From Eledone cirrhosa (Eukaryota), in the NCBI GenBank assembly GCA_964016885.1, contig OZ024757.1, forward strand, positions 10,292,001 to 10,356,000: 64,000 bases of DNA. The letters run 5' to 3'. The position numbers were made by a program, and so were the translations under genes. This document shows positions 49,020 to 62,200 of this stretch, in pieces. The notes below the pieces were generated by a model that worked only from the letters and a program-made list of their open reading frames with translations, was not told where the DNA came from and made no database searches. Each line of letters begins with the position of its first letter. The first letter of the stretch is position 1.

Positions 49020-51375
49020 GGGGTTGAGTTAAGTTGGGATCGAGGTAAGTTGGGGTTGAGTTAAGTTGGGGTTAAGTTAAGTTGGGGTTAACTTAAGTTG
49101 GGGTTAACTTAAGTTGGGGTTAAGTTAAGTTGGGGTTAAGTTAAGTTGGGGTTAAGTTAAGTTGGGGTTAAGTTAAGTTGGGGTTAAGTTAAATTGGGGT
49201 TAAGTTAAGTTGGGGTTGAGTTAAGTTAGGGTCGAGTTAAGTTGGGGTTGAGTTAATTTGGGGTTGAATTAAGTTGGGGTTAGGTTAAGTTGGGGTTAAG
49301 TTAAATTTGGTTTAAGTTAAGTTGGGGTTAAGTTAAGTTGGGGTTAAGTTAAGTTGGGATTAGATTAAGTTGGGGTTAAGTTAAGTTGGGGTTGAGTTAA
49401 GTTGGGGTTAAGTTGGCGTTAAGTTAAGTTGGGGTTAAGTTAAGTTGGGGTTAAGTTAAGTTGGGGTTAAGTTAAGTTGGGGTTAAGTTAAGTTGGGGTT
49501 AAGTTAAGTTGGAGTTAAGTTAAGTTGGGGTTAAGTCAAGTTGGGGTTGAGTTAATTTGGGGTTAAGTTAAGTTGGGGTTAAGTTAAGTTGGAGTTAAGT
49601 TAAGTTGGGGTTAAGTCAAGTTGGGGTTGAGTTAATTTGGGGTTGAATTAAGTTGGGGTTAGGTTAAGTTGGGGTTAAGTTAAGTTTGGTTTAAGTTAAG
49701 TTGGGGTTAAGTTAAGTTGGGGTTAAGTTAATTTGAGGTTAAGTTAAGTTGGGGTTGAGTTAAGTTGGGGTTGATTTAAGTTGGGGTTGAATTAAGTTGG
49801 GGTCGAGTTAAGTTGGGGTTGAGTTAAGTTGGGGTTAAGTTAAGTTGGGGTTAAGTTAAGTTGGAGTTAAGTTAAATTGGGGTTAAGTTAAGTTGGGGTT
49901 AAGTTAAGTCGGAGTAAAGTTAAGTTGGGGTTAAGTTAAGTTGGGGGTAAGTTAAGTTGTGGTTAAGTTAAGTTGGGGTTAAGTTGGGGTTAAGTTAAGT
50001 TGGGGTTGAGTTAAGTTGGGGTTGAATTAAGTTGGGATTGAGTTAAGTTGGAGTTAAGTTAAGTTGGGGTTAAGTTAAGTTGGGGTTAAGTTAAGTTGGC
50101 GTTAAATTAAGTTGGGGTTAAGTTAAGTTGGTATTACGTTAAGTTGGGGATAAGTTAAGTTGGGGTTAAGTCAAGTTGGGGTTAAATCAAGTTGGGGTTA
50201 ACTTAAGTTTGGATTAACTTAAGTTGGGTTAACTTAAGTTGGGATTAAGTTGGGGTTAACTTAAGTTGGGGTTAAGTTAAGTTGGCGTTGAGTTAAGTTG
50301 GGGTTGAGTTAAGTTGGGGTTGAGTTAAGTTGGGGTTGAGTTAAGTTGGGGTCGAGTTAAGTTGGGGTTGATTTAAGTTGGGGTTAAGTTAAGTTGGGGT
50401 TAAGTTAAGTTGGGGTTAAGTTAAGTTGGGATTAGATTAAGTAGGAGTTAAGTTAAGTTGGGGTTAATTTAAGTTGTGGTTAAGTTAAGTTGGGGTTAAG
50501 TTAAGTTGGGGTTAAGTTAAGTTGGGGTTAACTTAAGTTGGAGTTAAGTTAAGTTGGGGTTAAGTTAAGTTGAGGCTATTTAAGTTGGGGCTGAGTTAAC
50601 TTGGGGTTAAGTTAAGTTGGGGTTAAGTTAAGTTGGGGTTAAGGTAAGTTGGGGTTAAGTTAAGTTGGGGTTAAGTTAAGTTGGGGTTAAGTTAAGTTGG
50701 GGTTAACTTAAGTTGGGGTTAAGTTGGGGTTAACTTAAGTTGGGGTTAATTTAAGTTGGGGTTGAGTTAAGTTGGGGTTGATTTCAGTTTGGGTTGAGTT
50801 AAGTTGGGGTCGAGTTAAGTTGGGGTTGTGTTAAGTGGGGGTTAAGTTAAGTTGGGGTTAAGTTAAGTTGGGGTTGAGTTAAGTTGGGATCGAGGTAAGT
50901 TGGGGTTGAGTTAAGTTGGGGTTGATTTAAGTTGGGGTTGAGGTAAGTTGGAGTCGAGTTAAGTTGGGGTTGAGTTAAGTTGGGGTTAAGTTAAGTTGGG
51001 GTTAAGTTAAGTTGGGGTTAATTTAAGTCGGAGTTAAGTTAAGTTGGGGTTAAGTTAAGTTGGGGGTAAGTTAAGTTGTGGTTAAGTTAAGTTGGGGTTA
51101 AGTTGGGGTTAAGTTAAGTTGGGGTTAAGTTAAGTGGGGTTGAGTTAAGTTGGAGTTAAGTTAAGTTGGGGTTAATTTAAGTTGGGGTTAAGTTAAGTCG
51201 GGGTAAAGTTAAGTTGGGGTTAAGTTAAGTTGGGGGTAAGTTAATTTGGGGTTAAGTTAAGTTGGGGTTTAGTTAATTTGGGGTTAAGTCAAGTTGGGGT
51301 TAAGTCAAGTTGGGGTTAAGTTAAGTTGGGGTTAAGTTAAGTCGGGGTTAAGTTAAGTTGGGGTTAAGTTAAGTC
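43390..51375 (+). repeat. Tandem duplication of a 3,992-bp block
   Basis: GATTTCAG pairs 44265/48257 and 44954/48946 (offset 3992) and 46793/50780 (offset 3987, after a 5-bp deletion near 49410). GGTATTACG at 46143/50130. TTAAATGGGG at ~44114/~48106. Confidence 0.9.
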
Positions 51376-54300
51376 GGGGTTAAGTTAAGTTGGGGTTAAG
51401 TTAAGTTGGGGTAAGTTAAGTTGGGGTTAAGTTAAGTTGGGGTTTACTTAAGTTGGGGTTAAGTCAAGTTGGGGTTAAGTCAAGTTGGGGTTAAGTCAAG
51501 TTGGGGTTAAGTTAAGTTGGGGTTAAGTTAAGTTGGGGTTAAATTAAGTTGGGGTTAAGTTAAGTTGGGGTTAAGTTAAGTTGGCGTTAAGTTAAGTTGG
51601 GGTTAAGTTAACTTGGGGTTAAGTTAAGTTGGGGTTAAGTTAAGTTGGGGTTAAGTCAAGTTGGGGTTAAATCAAGTTGGGGTTAACTTAAGTTTGGATT
51701 AACTTAAGTTGGGTTAACTTAAGTTGGGGTTAAGTTGGGGTTAACTTAAGTTGGGGTTAAGTTAAGTTGGGGTTAAGTTAAGTTGGGGTTGAGTTAAGTT
51801 GGGGTTGAGTTAAGTTGGGGTTGAGTTAAGTTGGGGTTGATTTAAGTTGGGGTTGAGTTAAGTTGGGGTCGAGTTAAGTTGGGGTTAAGTTAAGTTGGGG
51901 TTAAGTTAAGTTGGGGTTAAGTTAAGTTTGGTTTAAGTTAAGTTGGGGTTAAGTTAAGTTGGGGTTGAGTTAAGTTGGGATTAGGTTAAGTTGGGGTTAA
52001 GTTAAGTTGGGGTTAAGTTAAGTTGTGGTTAATTTAAGTTGGGGTTAAGTTAAGTTGGGGTTAAGTTAAGTTGGTGTTAAGGTAAGTTGGGGTTAAGTTA
52101 AGTTGGGGTTAAGTTAAGTTGGGGTTAAGTTAAGTTGGGGTTAACTTAAGTTGGGGTTAACTTAAGTTGGGGTTAAGTTGGGGTTAACTTAAGTTGGGGT
52201 TAAGTTGGGGTTAACTTAAGTTGGGGTTAAGTTAAGTTGGGGTTGAGTTAAGTTGGGGTTGATTTAACTTGGGGTTGAGTTAAGTTGGAGTCGAGTTAAG
52301 TTGGGGTTGAGTTAAGTTGGGGTTAAATTAAGTTGGGGTTAAGTTAAGTTGAAGTTAAGTTAAGTTGGGGTTAAGTTAAGTTGGGGTTAAGTTAAGTTGG
52401 CGTTAAATTAAATTGGGGTTAAGTTAAGTTGGGGTTACGTTAAGTTGGGGTTAAGTTAAGTTGGGGTTAAGTCAAGTTGGGGTTAAATCAAGTTGGGGTT
52501 AACTTAAGTTTGGATTAACTTAAGTTGGGTTAACTTAAGTTGGGGTTAAGTTGGGCTTAACTTAAGTTGGGGTTAAGTTAAGTTGGGGTTGAGTTAAGTT
52601 GGGGTTGAGTTAAGTTGGGGTTGAGTTAAGTTGGGGTTGAGTTAAGTTGGGGTCGAGTTAAGTTGGGGTTGAGTTAAGTTGGGGTTAAGTTAAGTTGGGG
52701 TTAAGTTGGGGTTAAGTTAAGTTGGGATTAGGTTAAGTTGGGGTTAAGTTAAGTTGGGGTTAAGTTAAGTCGGAGTAAAGTTAAGTTGGGGGTAAGTTAA
52801 GTTGTGGTTAAGTTAAGTTGGGGTTAAGTTGGGGTTAAGTTAAGTTGGGGTTGAGTTAAGTTGGGGTTGAATTAAGTTGGGATTGAGTTAAGTTGGAGTT
52901 AAGTTAAGTCGGGGTTAAGTTAAGTTGGGGTTAAGTTAAGTTGGCGTTAAATTAAGTTGGGGTTAAGTTAAGTTGGGGTTACGTTAAGTTGGGGTTAAGT
53001 CAAGTTGGGGTTAAATCAAGTTGGGGTTAACTTAAGTTTGGATTAACTTAAGTTGGGTTAACTTAAGTTGGGATTAAGTTGGGGTTAACTTAAGTTGGGG
53101 TTAAGTTAAGTTGGGGTTGAGTTAAGTTGGGGTTGAGTTAAGTTGGGGTTGAGTTAAGTTGGGGTTAATTTAAGTTGGGGTTAAGTTAAGTTGGGGTTAA
53201 GTTAAGTTGGGATTAGATTAAGTAGGAGTTAAGTTAAGTTGGGGTTAAGTTAAGTTGTGGTTAAGTTAAGTTGGGGTTAAGTTAAGTTGGGGTTAAGTTA
53301 AGTTGGGGTTAACTTAAGTTGGGGTTAAGTTAAGTTGAGGCTAAGTTAAGTTGGGGCTGAGTTAACTTGGGGTTAAGTTAAGTTGGGGTTAAGTTAAGTT
53401 GGGGTTAAGGTAAGTTGGGGTTAAGTTAAGTTGGGGTTAAGTTAAGTTGGGGTTAAGTTAAGTTGGGGTTAACTTAAGTTGGGGTTAACTTAAGTTGGGG
53501 TTAAGTTGGGGTTAACTTAAGTTGGGGTTAATTTAAGTTGGGGTTGAGTTAAGTTGGGGTTGATTTCAGTTTGGGTTGAGTTAAGTTGGGGTTGTGTTAA
53601 GTTGGGGTTAAGTTAAGTTGGGGTTAAGTTAAGTTGGGGTTGAGTTAAGTTGGGATCGAGGTAAGTTGGGGTTGAGTTAAGTTGGGGTTAAGTTAAGTTG
53701 GGGTTAACTTAAGTTGGGGTTAACTTAAGTTGGGGTTAAGTTAAGTTGGGGTTAAGTTAAGTTGGGGTTAAGTTAAGTTGGGGTTAAGTTAAGTTGGGGT
53801 TAAGTTAAATTGGGGTTAAGTTAAGTTGGGGTTGAGTTAAGTTAGGGTCGAGTTAAGTTGGGGTTGAGTTAATTTGGGGTTGAATTAAGTTGGGGTTAGG
53901 TTAAGTTGGGGTTAAGTTAAATTTGGTTTAAGTTAAGTTGGGGTTAAGTTGGGGTTAAGTTAAGTTGGGATTAGATTAAGTTGGGGTTAAGTTAAGTTGG
54001 GGTTGAGTTAAGTTGGGGTTAAGTTAAGTTGGCGTTAAGTTAAGTTGGGGTTAAGTTAAGTTGGGGTTAAGTTAAGTTGGGGTTAAGTTAAGTTGGGGTT
54101 AAGTTAAGTTGGGGTTAAGTTAAGTTGGAGTTAAGTTAAGTTGGGGTTAAGTCAAGTTGGGGTTGAGTTAATTTGGGGTTAAGTTAAGTTGGGGTTAAGT
54201 TAAGTTGGAGTTAAGTTAAGTTGGGGTTAAGTCAAGTTGGGGTTGAGTTAATTTGGGGTTGAATTAAGTTGGGGTTAGGTTAAGTTGGGGTTAAGTTAAG

Positions 54301-56291
54301 TTTGGTTTAAGTTAAGTTGGGGTTAAGTTAAGTTGGGGTTAAGTTAATTTGGGGTTAAGTTAAGTTGGGGTTGAGTTAAGTTGGGGTTGATTTAAGTTGG
54401 GGTTGAATTAAGTTGGGGTCGAGTTAAGTTGGGGTTGAGTTAAGTTGGGGTTAAGTTAAGTTGGGGTTAAGTTAAGTTGGAGTTAAGTTAAATTGGGGTT
54501 AAGTTAAGTTGGGGTTAAGTTAAGTCGGAGTAAAGTTAAGTTGGGGTTAAGTTAAGTTGGGGGTAAGTTAAGTTGTGGTTAAGTTAAGTTGGGGTTAAGT
54601 TGGGGTTAAGTTAAGTTGGGGTTGAGTTAAGTTGGGGTTGAATTAAGTTGGGATTGAGTTAAGTTGGAGTTAAGTTAAGTTGGGGTTAAGTTAAGTTGGG
54701 GTTAAGTTAAGTTGGCGTTAAATTAAGTTGGGGTTAAGTTAAGTTGGGGTTACGTTAAGTTGGGGATAAGTTAAGTTGGGGTTAAGTCAAGTTGGGGTTA
54801 AATCAAGTTGGGGTTAACTTAAGTTTGGATTAACTTAAGTTGGGTTAACTTAAGTTGGGATTAAGTTGGGGTTAACTTAAGTTGGGGTTAAGTTAAGTTG
54901 GCGTTGAGTTAAGTTGGGGTTGAGTTAAGTTGGGGTTGAGTTAAGTTGGGGTTGAGTTAAGTTGGGGTCGAGTTAAGTTGGGGTTGATTTAAGTTGGGGT
55001 TAAGTTAAGTTGGGGTTAAGTTAAGTTGGGGTTAAGTTAAGTTGGGATTAGATTAAGTAGGAGTTAAGTTAAGTTGGGGTTAATTTAAGTTGTGGTTAAG
55101 TTAAGTTGGGGTTAAGTTAAGTTGGGGTTAAGTTAAGTTGGGGTTAACTTAAGTTGGAGTTAAGTTAAGTTGGGGTTAAGTTAAGTTGAGGCTATTTAAG
55201 TTGGGGCTGAGTTAACTTGGGGTTAAGTTAAGTTGGGGTTAAGTTAAGTTGGGGTTAAGGTAAGTTGGGGTTAAGTTAAGTTGGGGTTAAGTTAAGTTGG
55301 GGTTAAGTTAAGTTGGGGTTAACTTAAGTTGGGGTTAAGTTGGGGTTAACTTAAGTTGGGGTTAATTTAAGTTGGGGTTGAGTTAAGTTGGGGTTGATTT
55401 CAGTTTGGGTTGAGTTAAGTTGGGGTCGAGTTAAGTTGGGGTTGTGTTAAGTGGGGGTTAAGTTAAGTTGGGGTTAAGTTAAGTTGGGGTTGAGTTAAGT
55501 TGGGATCGAGGTAAGTTGGGGTTAAGTTAAGTTGGGGTTAAGTTAAGTTGTGGTTAAGTTAAGTTGGGGTTAAGTTAAGTTGGGGTTAAGTTAAGTTGGG
55601 GTTAAGGTAAGTTGGGGTTAAGTTAAGTTGGGGTTAAGTTAAGTTGGGGTTAACTTAAGTTGGGGTTAACTTAAGTTGGGGTTAAGTTGGGGTTAACTTA
55701 AGTTGGGGTTAAGTTGGGGTTAACTTAAGTTGGGGTTAAGTTAAGTTGGGGTTGATTTAAGTTGGGGTTGAGTTAAGTTGGAGTCGAGTTAAGTTGGGGT
55801 TGAGTTAAGTTGGGGTTAAGTTAAGTTGGGGTTAAGTTAAGTTGGAGTTAAGTTAAGTTGGGGTTAAGTTAAGTTGGGGTTAAGTTAAGTTGGGGGTAAG
55901 TTAAGTTGGGGTTAAGTTAAGTTGGGGTTAAGTTAAGGTGGGATTAGGTTAAGTTGGGGTTAAGTTAAGTTGGGGTTAAGTTAAGTTGGGGTTAACTTAA
56001 GTTGGGGTTAACTTAAGTTGGGGTTAAGTTGGGGTTAACTTAAGTTGGGGTTAAGTTGGGGTTAACTTAAGTTGGGGTTAAGTTAAGTTGGGGTTGAGTT
56101 AAGTTGGGGTTGATTTAACTTGGGGTTGAGTTAAGTTGGAGTCGAGTTAAGTTGGGGTTGAGTTAAGTTGGGGTTAAATTAAGTTGGGGTTAAGTTAAGT
56201 TGAAGTTAAGTTAAGTTGGGGTTAAGTTAAGTTGGGGTTAAGTTAAGTTGGCGTTAAATTAAATTGGGGTTAAGTTAAGTTGGGGTTACGT

Positions 56292-59200
56292 TAAGTTGGG
56301 GTTAAGTTAAGTTGGGGTTAAGTCAAGTTGGGGTTAAATCAAGTTGGGGTTAACTTAAGTTTGGATTAACTTAAGTTGGGTTAACTTAAGTTGGGGTTAA
56401 GTTGGGCTTAACTTAAGTTGGGGTTAAGTTAAGTTGGGGTTGAGTTAAGTTGGGGTTGAGTTAAGTTGGGGTTGAGTTAAGTTGGGGTTGAGTTAAGTTG
56501 GGGTCGAGTTAAGTTGGGGTTGAGTTAAGTTGGGGTTAAGTTAAGTTGGGGTTAAGTTGGGGTTAAGTTAAGTTGGGATTAGGTTAAGTTGGGGTTAAGT
56601 TAAGTTGGGGTTAAGTTAAGTCGGAGTAAAGTTAAGTTGGGGGTAAGTTAAGTTGTGGTTAAGTTAAGTTGGGGTTAAGTTGGGGTTAAGTTAAGTTGGG
56701 GTTGAGTTAAGTTGGGGTTGAATTAAGTTGGGATTGAGTTAAGTTGGAGTTAAGTTAAGTCGGGGTTAAGTTAAGTTGGGGTTAAGTTAAGTTGGCGTTA
56801 AATTAAGTTGGGGTTAAGTTAAGTTGGGGTTACGTTAAGTTGGGGTTAAGTCAAGTTGGGGTTAAATCAAGTTGGGGTTAACTTAAGTTTGGATTAACTT
56901 AAGTTGGGTTAACTTAAGTTGGGATTAAGTTGGGGTTAACTTAAGTTGGGGTTAAGTTAAGTTGGGGTTGAGTTAAGTTGGGGTTGAGTTAAGTTGGGGT
57001 TGAGTTAAGTTGGGGTTAATTTAAGTTGGGGTTAAGTTAAGTTGGGGTTAAGTTAAGTTGGGATTAGATTAAGTAGGAGTTAAGTTAAGTTGGGGTTAAG
57101 TTAAGTTGTGGTTAAGTTAAGTTGGGGTTAAGTTAAGTTGGGGTTAAGTTAAGTTGGGGTTAACTTAAGTTGGGGTTAAGTTAAGTTGAGGCTAAGTTAA
57201 GTTGGGGCTGAGTTAACTTGGGGTTAAGTTAAGTTGGGGTTAAGTTAAGTTGGGGTTAAGGTAAGTTGGGGTTAAGTTAAGTTGGGGTTAAGTTAAGTTG
57301 GGGTTAAGTTAAGTTGGGGTTAACTTAAGTTGGGGTTAACTTAAGTTGGGGTTAAGTTGGGGTTAACTTAAGTTGGGGTTAATTTAAGTTGGGGTTGAGT
57401 TAAGTTGGGGTTGATTTCAGTTTGGGTTGAGTTAAGTTGGGGTTGTGTTAAGTTGGGGTTAAGTTAAGTTGGGGTTAAGTTAAGTTGGGGTTGAGTTAAG
57501 TTGGGATCGAGGTAAGTTGGGGTTGAGTTAAGTTGGGGTTAAGTTAAGTTGGGGTTAACTTAAGTTGGGGTTAACTTAAGTTGGGGTTAAGTTAAGTTGG
57601 GGTTAAGTTAAGTTGGGGTTAAGTTAAGTTGGGGTTAAGTTAAGTTGGGGTTAAGTTAAATTGGGGTTAAGTTAAGTTGGGGTTGAGTTAAGTTAGGGTC
57701 GAGTTAAGTTGGGGTTGAGTTAATTTGGGGTTGAATTAAGTTGGGGTTAGGTTAAGTTGGGGTTAAGTTAAATTTGGTTTAAGTTAAGTTGGGGTTAAGT
57801 TGGGGTTAAGTTAAGTTGGGATTAGATTAAGTTGGGGTTAAGTTAAGTTGGGGTTGAGTTAAGTTGGGGTTAAGTTAAGTTGGCGTTAAGTTAAGTTGGG
57901 GTTAAGTTAAGTTGGGGTTAAGTTAAGTTGGGGTTAAGTTAAGTTGGGGTTAAGTTAAGTTGGGGTTAAGTTAAGTTGGAGTTAAGTTAAGTTGGGGTTA
58001 AGTCAAGTTGGGGTTGAGTTAATTTGGGGTTAAGTTAAGTTGGGGTTAAGTTAAGTTGGAGTTAAGTTAAGTTGGGGTTAAGTCAAGTTGGGGTTGAGTT
58101 AATTTGGGGTTGAATTAAGTTGGGGTTAGGTTAAGTTGGGGTTAAGTTAAGTTTGGTTTAAGTTAAGTTGGGGTTAAGTTAAGTTGGGGTTAAGTTAATT
58201 TGGGGTTAAGTTAAGTTGGGGTTGAGTTAAGTTGGGGTTGATTTAAGTTGGGGTTGAATTAAGTTGGGGTCGAGTTAAGTTGGGGTTGAGTTAAGTTGGG
58301 GTTAAGTTAAGTTGGGGTTAAGTTAAGTTGGAGTTAAGTTAAATTGGGGTTAAGTTAAGTTGGGGTTAAGTTAAGTCGGAGTAAAGTTAAGTTGGGGTTA
58401 AGTTAAGTTGGGGGTAAGTTAAGTTGTGGTTAAGTTAAGTTGGCGTTAAGTTGGGGTTAAGTTAAGTTGGGGTTGAGTTAAGTTGGGGTTGAATTAAGTT
58501 GGGATTGAGTTAAGTTGGAGTTAAGTTAAGTTGGGGTTAAGTTAAGTTGGGGTTAAGTTAAGTTGGCGTTAAATTAAGTTGGGGTTAAGTTAAGTTGGGG
58601 TTACGTTAAGTTGGGGATAAGTTAAGTTGGGGTTAAGTCAAGTTGGGGTTAAATCAAGTTGGGGTTAACTTAAGTTTGGATTAACTTAAGTTGGGTTAAC
58701 TTAAGTTGGGATTAAGTTGGGGTTAACTTAAGTTGGGGTTAAGTTAAGTTGGCGTTGAGTTAAGTTGGGGTTGAGTTAAGTTGGGGTTGAGTTAAGTTGG
58801 GGTTGAGTTAAATTGGGGTCGAGTTAAGTTGGGGTTGATTTAAGTTGGGGTTAAGTTAAGTTGGGGTTAAGTTAAGTTGGGGTTAAGTTAAGTTGGGATT
58901 AGATTAAGTAGGAGTTAAGTTAAGTTGGGGTTAATTTAAGTTGTGGTTAAGTTAAGTTGGGGTTAAGTTAAGTTGGGGTTAAGTTAAGTTGGGGTTAACT
59001 TAAGTTGGAGTTAAGTGAAGTTGGGGTTAAGTTAAGTTGAGGCTATTTAAGTTGGGGCTGAGTTAACTTGGGGTTAAGTTAAGTTGGGGTTAAGTTAAAT
59101 GGGGTTAAGGTAAGTTGGGGTTAAGTTAAGTTGGGGTTAAGTTAAGTTGGGGTTAAGTTAAGTTGGGGTTAACTTAAGTTGGGGTTAAGTTGGGGTTAAC

Positions 59201-62200
59201 TTAAGTTGGGGTTAATTTAAGTTGGGGTTGAGTTAAGTTGGGGTTGATTTCAGTTTGGGTTGAGTTAAGTTGGGGTCGAGTTAAGTTGGGGTTGTGTTAA
59301 GTGGGGGTTAAGTTAAGTTGGGGTTAAGTTAAGTTGGGGTTGAGTTAAGTTGGGATCGAGGTAAGTTGGGGTTAAGTTAAGTTGGGGTTAAGTTAAGTTG
59401 TGGTTAAGTTAAGTTGGGGTTAAGTTAAGTTGGGGTTAAGTTAAGTTGGGGTTAAGGTAAGTTGGGGTTAAGTTAAGTTGGGGTTAAGTTAAGTTGGGGT
59501 TAACTTAAGTTGGGGTTAACTTAAGTTGGGGTTAAGTTGGGGTTAACTTAAGTTGGGGTTAAGTTGGGGTTAACTTAAGTTGGGGTTAAGTTAAGTTGGG
59601 GTTGATTTAAGTTGGGGTTGAGTTAAGTTGGAGTCGAGTTAAGTTGGGGTTGAGTTAAGTTGGGGTTAAGTTAAGTTGGGGTTAAGTTAAGTTGGAGTTA
59701 AGTTAAGTTGGGGTTAAGTTAAGTTGGGGTTAAGTTAAGTTGGGGTTAAGTTAAGTTGGGGTTAAGTTAAGTTGGGGTTAAGGTAAGTTGGGGTTAAGTT
59801 AAGTTGGGGTTAAGTTAAGTTGGGGTTAAGTTAAGTTGGGGTTAACTTAAGTTGGGGTTAACTTAAGTTGGGGTTAAGTTGGGGTTAACTTAAGTTGGGG
59901 TTAATTTAAGTTGGGGTTGAGTTAAGTTGGGGTTGATTTCAGTTTGGGTTGAGTTAAGTTGGGGTTTTGTTAAGTTGGGGTTAAGTTAAGTTGGGGTTAA
60001 GTTAAGTTGGGGTTGAGTTAAGTTGGGATCGAGGTAAGTTGGGGTTGAGTTAAGTTGGGGTTAAGTTAAGTTGGGGTTAACTTAAGTTGGGGTTAACTTA
60101 AGTTGGGGTTAAGTTAAGTTGGGGTTAAGTTAAGTTGGGGTTAAGTTAAGTTGGGGTTCAGTTAAGTTGGGGTTAAGTTAAATTGGGGTTAAGTTAAGTT
60201 GGGGTTGAGTTAAGTTAGGGTCGAGTTAAGTTGGGGTTGAGTTAATTTGGGGTTGAATTAAGTTGGGGTTAGGTTAAGTTGGGGTTAAGTTAAATTTGGT
60301 TTAAGTTAAGTTGGGGTTAAGTTAAGTTGGGGTTAAGTTAAGTTGGGATTAGATTAAGTTGGGGTTAAGTTAAGTTGGGGTTGAGTTAAGTTGGGGTTAA
60401 GTTAAGTTGGCGTTAAGTTAAGTTGGGGTTAAGTTAAGTTGGGGTTAAGTTAAGTTGGGGTTAAGTTAAGTTGGGGTTAAGTTAAGTTGGGGTTAAGTTA
60501 AGTTGGAGTTAAGTTAAGTTGGGGTTAAGTCAAGTTGGGGTTGAGTTAATTTGGGGTTAAGTTAAGTTGGGGTTAAGTTAAGTTGGAGTTAAGTTAAGTT
60601 GGGGTTAAGTCAAGTTGGGGTTGAGTTAATTTGGGGTTGAATTAAGTTGGGGTTAGGTTAAGTTGGGGTTAAGTTAAGTTTGGTTTAAGTTAAGTTGGGG
60701 TTAAGTTAAGTTGGGGTTAAGTTAATTTGAGGTTAAGTTAAGTTGGGGTTGAGTTAAGTTGGGGTTGATTTAAGTTGGGGTTGAATTAAGTTGGGGTCGA
60801 GTTAAGTTGGGGTTGAGTTAAGTTGGGGTTAAGTTAAGTTGGGGTTAAGTTAAGTTGGAGTTAAGTTAAATTGGGGTTAAGTTAAGTTGGGGTTAAGTTA
60901 AGTCGGAGTAAAGTTAAGTTGGGGTTAAGTTAAGTTGGGGGTAAGTTAAGTTGTGGTTAAGTTAAGTTGGGGTTAAGTTGGGGTTAAGTTAAGTTGGGGT
61001 TGAGTTAAGTTGGGGTTGAATTAAGTTGGGATTGAGTTAAGTTGGAGTTAAGTTAAGTTGGGGTTAAGTTAAGTTGGGGTTAAGTTAAGTTGGCGTTAAA
61101 TTAAGTTGGGGTTAAGTTAAGTTGGTATTACGTTAAGTTGGGGATAAGTTAAGTTGGGGTTAAGTCAAGTTGGGGTTAAATCAAGTTGGGGTTAACTTAA
61201 GTTTGGATTAACTTAAGTTGGGTTAACTTAAGTTGGGATTAAGTTGGGGTTAACTTAAGTTGGGGTTAAGTTAAGTTGGCGTTGAGTTAAGTTGGGGTTG
61301 AGTTAAGTTGGGGTTGAGTTAAGTTGGGGTTGAGTTAAGTTGGGGTCGAGTTAAGTTGGGGTTGATTTAAGTTGGGGTTAAGTTAAGTTGGGGTTAAGTT
61401 AAGTTGGGGTTAAGTTAAGTTGGGATTAGATTAAGTAGGAGTTAAGTTAAGTTGGGGTTAATTTAAGTTGTGGTTAAGTTAAGTTGGGGTTAAGTTAAGT
61501 TGGGGTTAAGTTAAGTTGGGGTTAACTTAAGTTGGAGTTAAGTTAAGTTGGGGTTAAGTTAAGTTGAGGCTATTTAAGTTGGGGCTGAGTTAACTTGGGG
61601 TTAAGTTAAGTTGGGGTTAAGTTAAGTTGGGGTTAAGGTAAGTTGGGGTTAAGTTAAGTTGGGGTTAAGTTAAGTTGGGGTTAAGTTAAGTTGGGGTTAA
61701 CTTAAGTTGGGGTTAAGTTGGGGTTAACTTAAGTTGGGGTTAATTTAAGTTGGGGTTGAGTTAAGTTGGGGTTGATTTCAGTTTGGGTTGAGTTAAGTTG
61801 GGGTCGAGTTAAGTTGGGGTTGTGTTAAGTGGGGGTTAAGTTAAGTTGGGGTTAAGTTAAGTTGGGGTTGAGTTAAGTTGGGATCGAGGTAAGTTGGGGT
61901 TGAGTTAAGTTGGGGTTGATTTAAGTTGGGGTTGAGGTAAGTTGGAGTCGAGTTAAGTTGGGGTTGAGTTAAGTTGGGGTTAAGTTAAGTTGGGGTTAAG
62001 TTAAGTTGGGGTTAATTTAAGTCGGAGTTAAGTTAAGTTGGGGTTAAGTTAAGTTGGGGGTAAGTTAAGTTGTGGTTAAGTTAAGTTGGGGTTAAGTTGG
62101 GGTTAAGTTAAGTTGGGGTTAAGTTAAGTGGGGTTGAGTTAAGTTGGAGTTAAGTTAAGTTGGGGTTAATTTAAGTTGGGGTTAAGTTAAGTCGGGGTAA

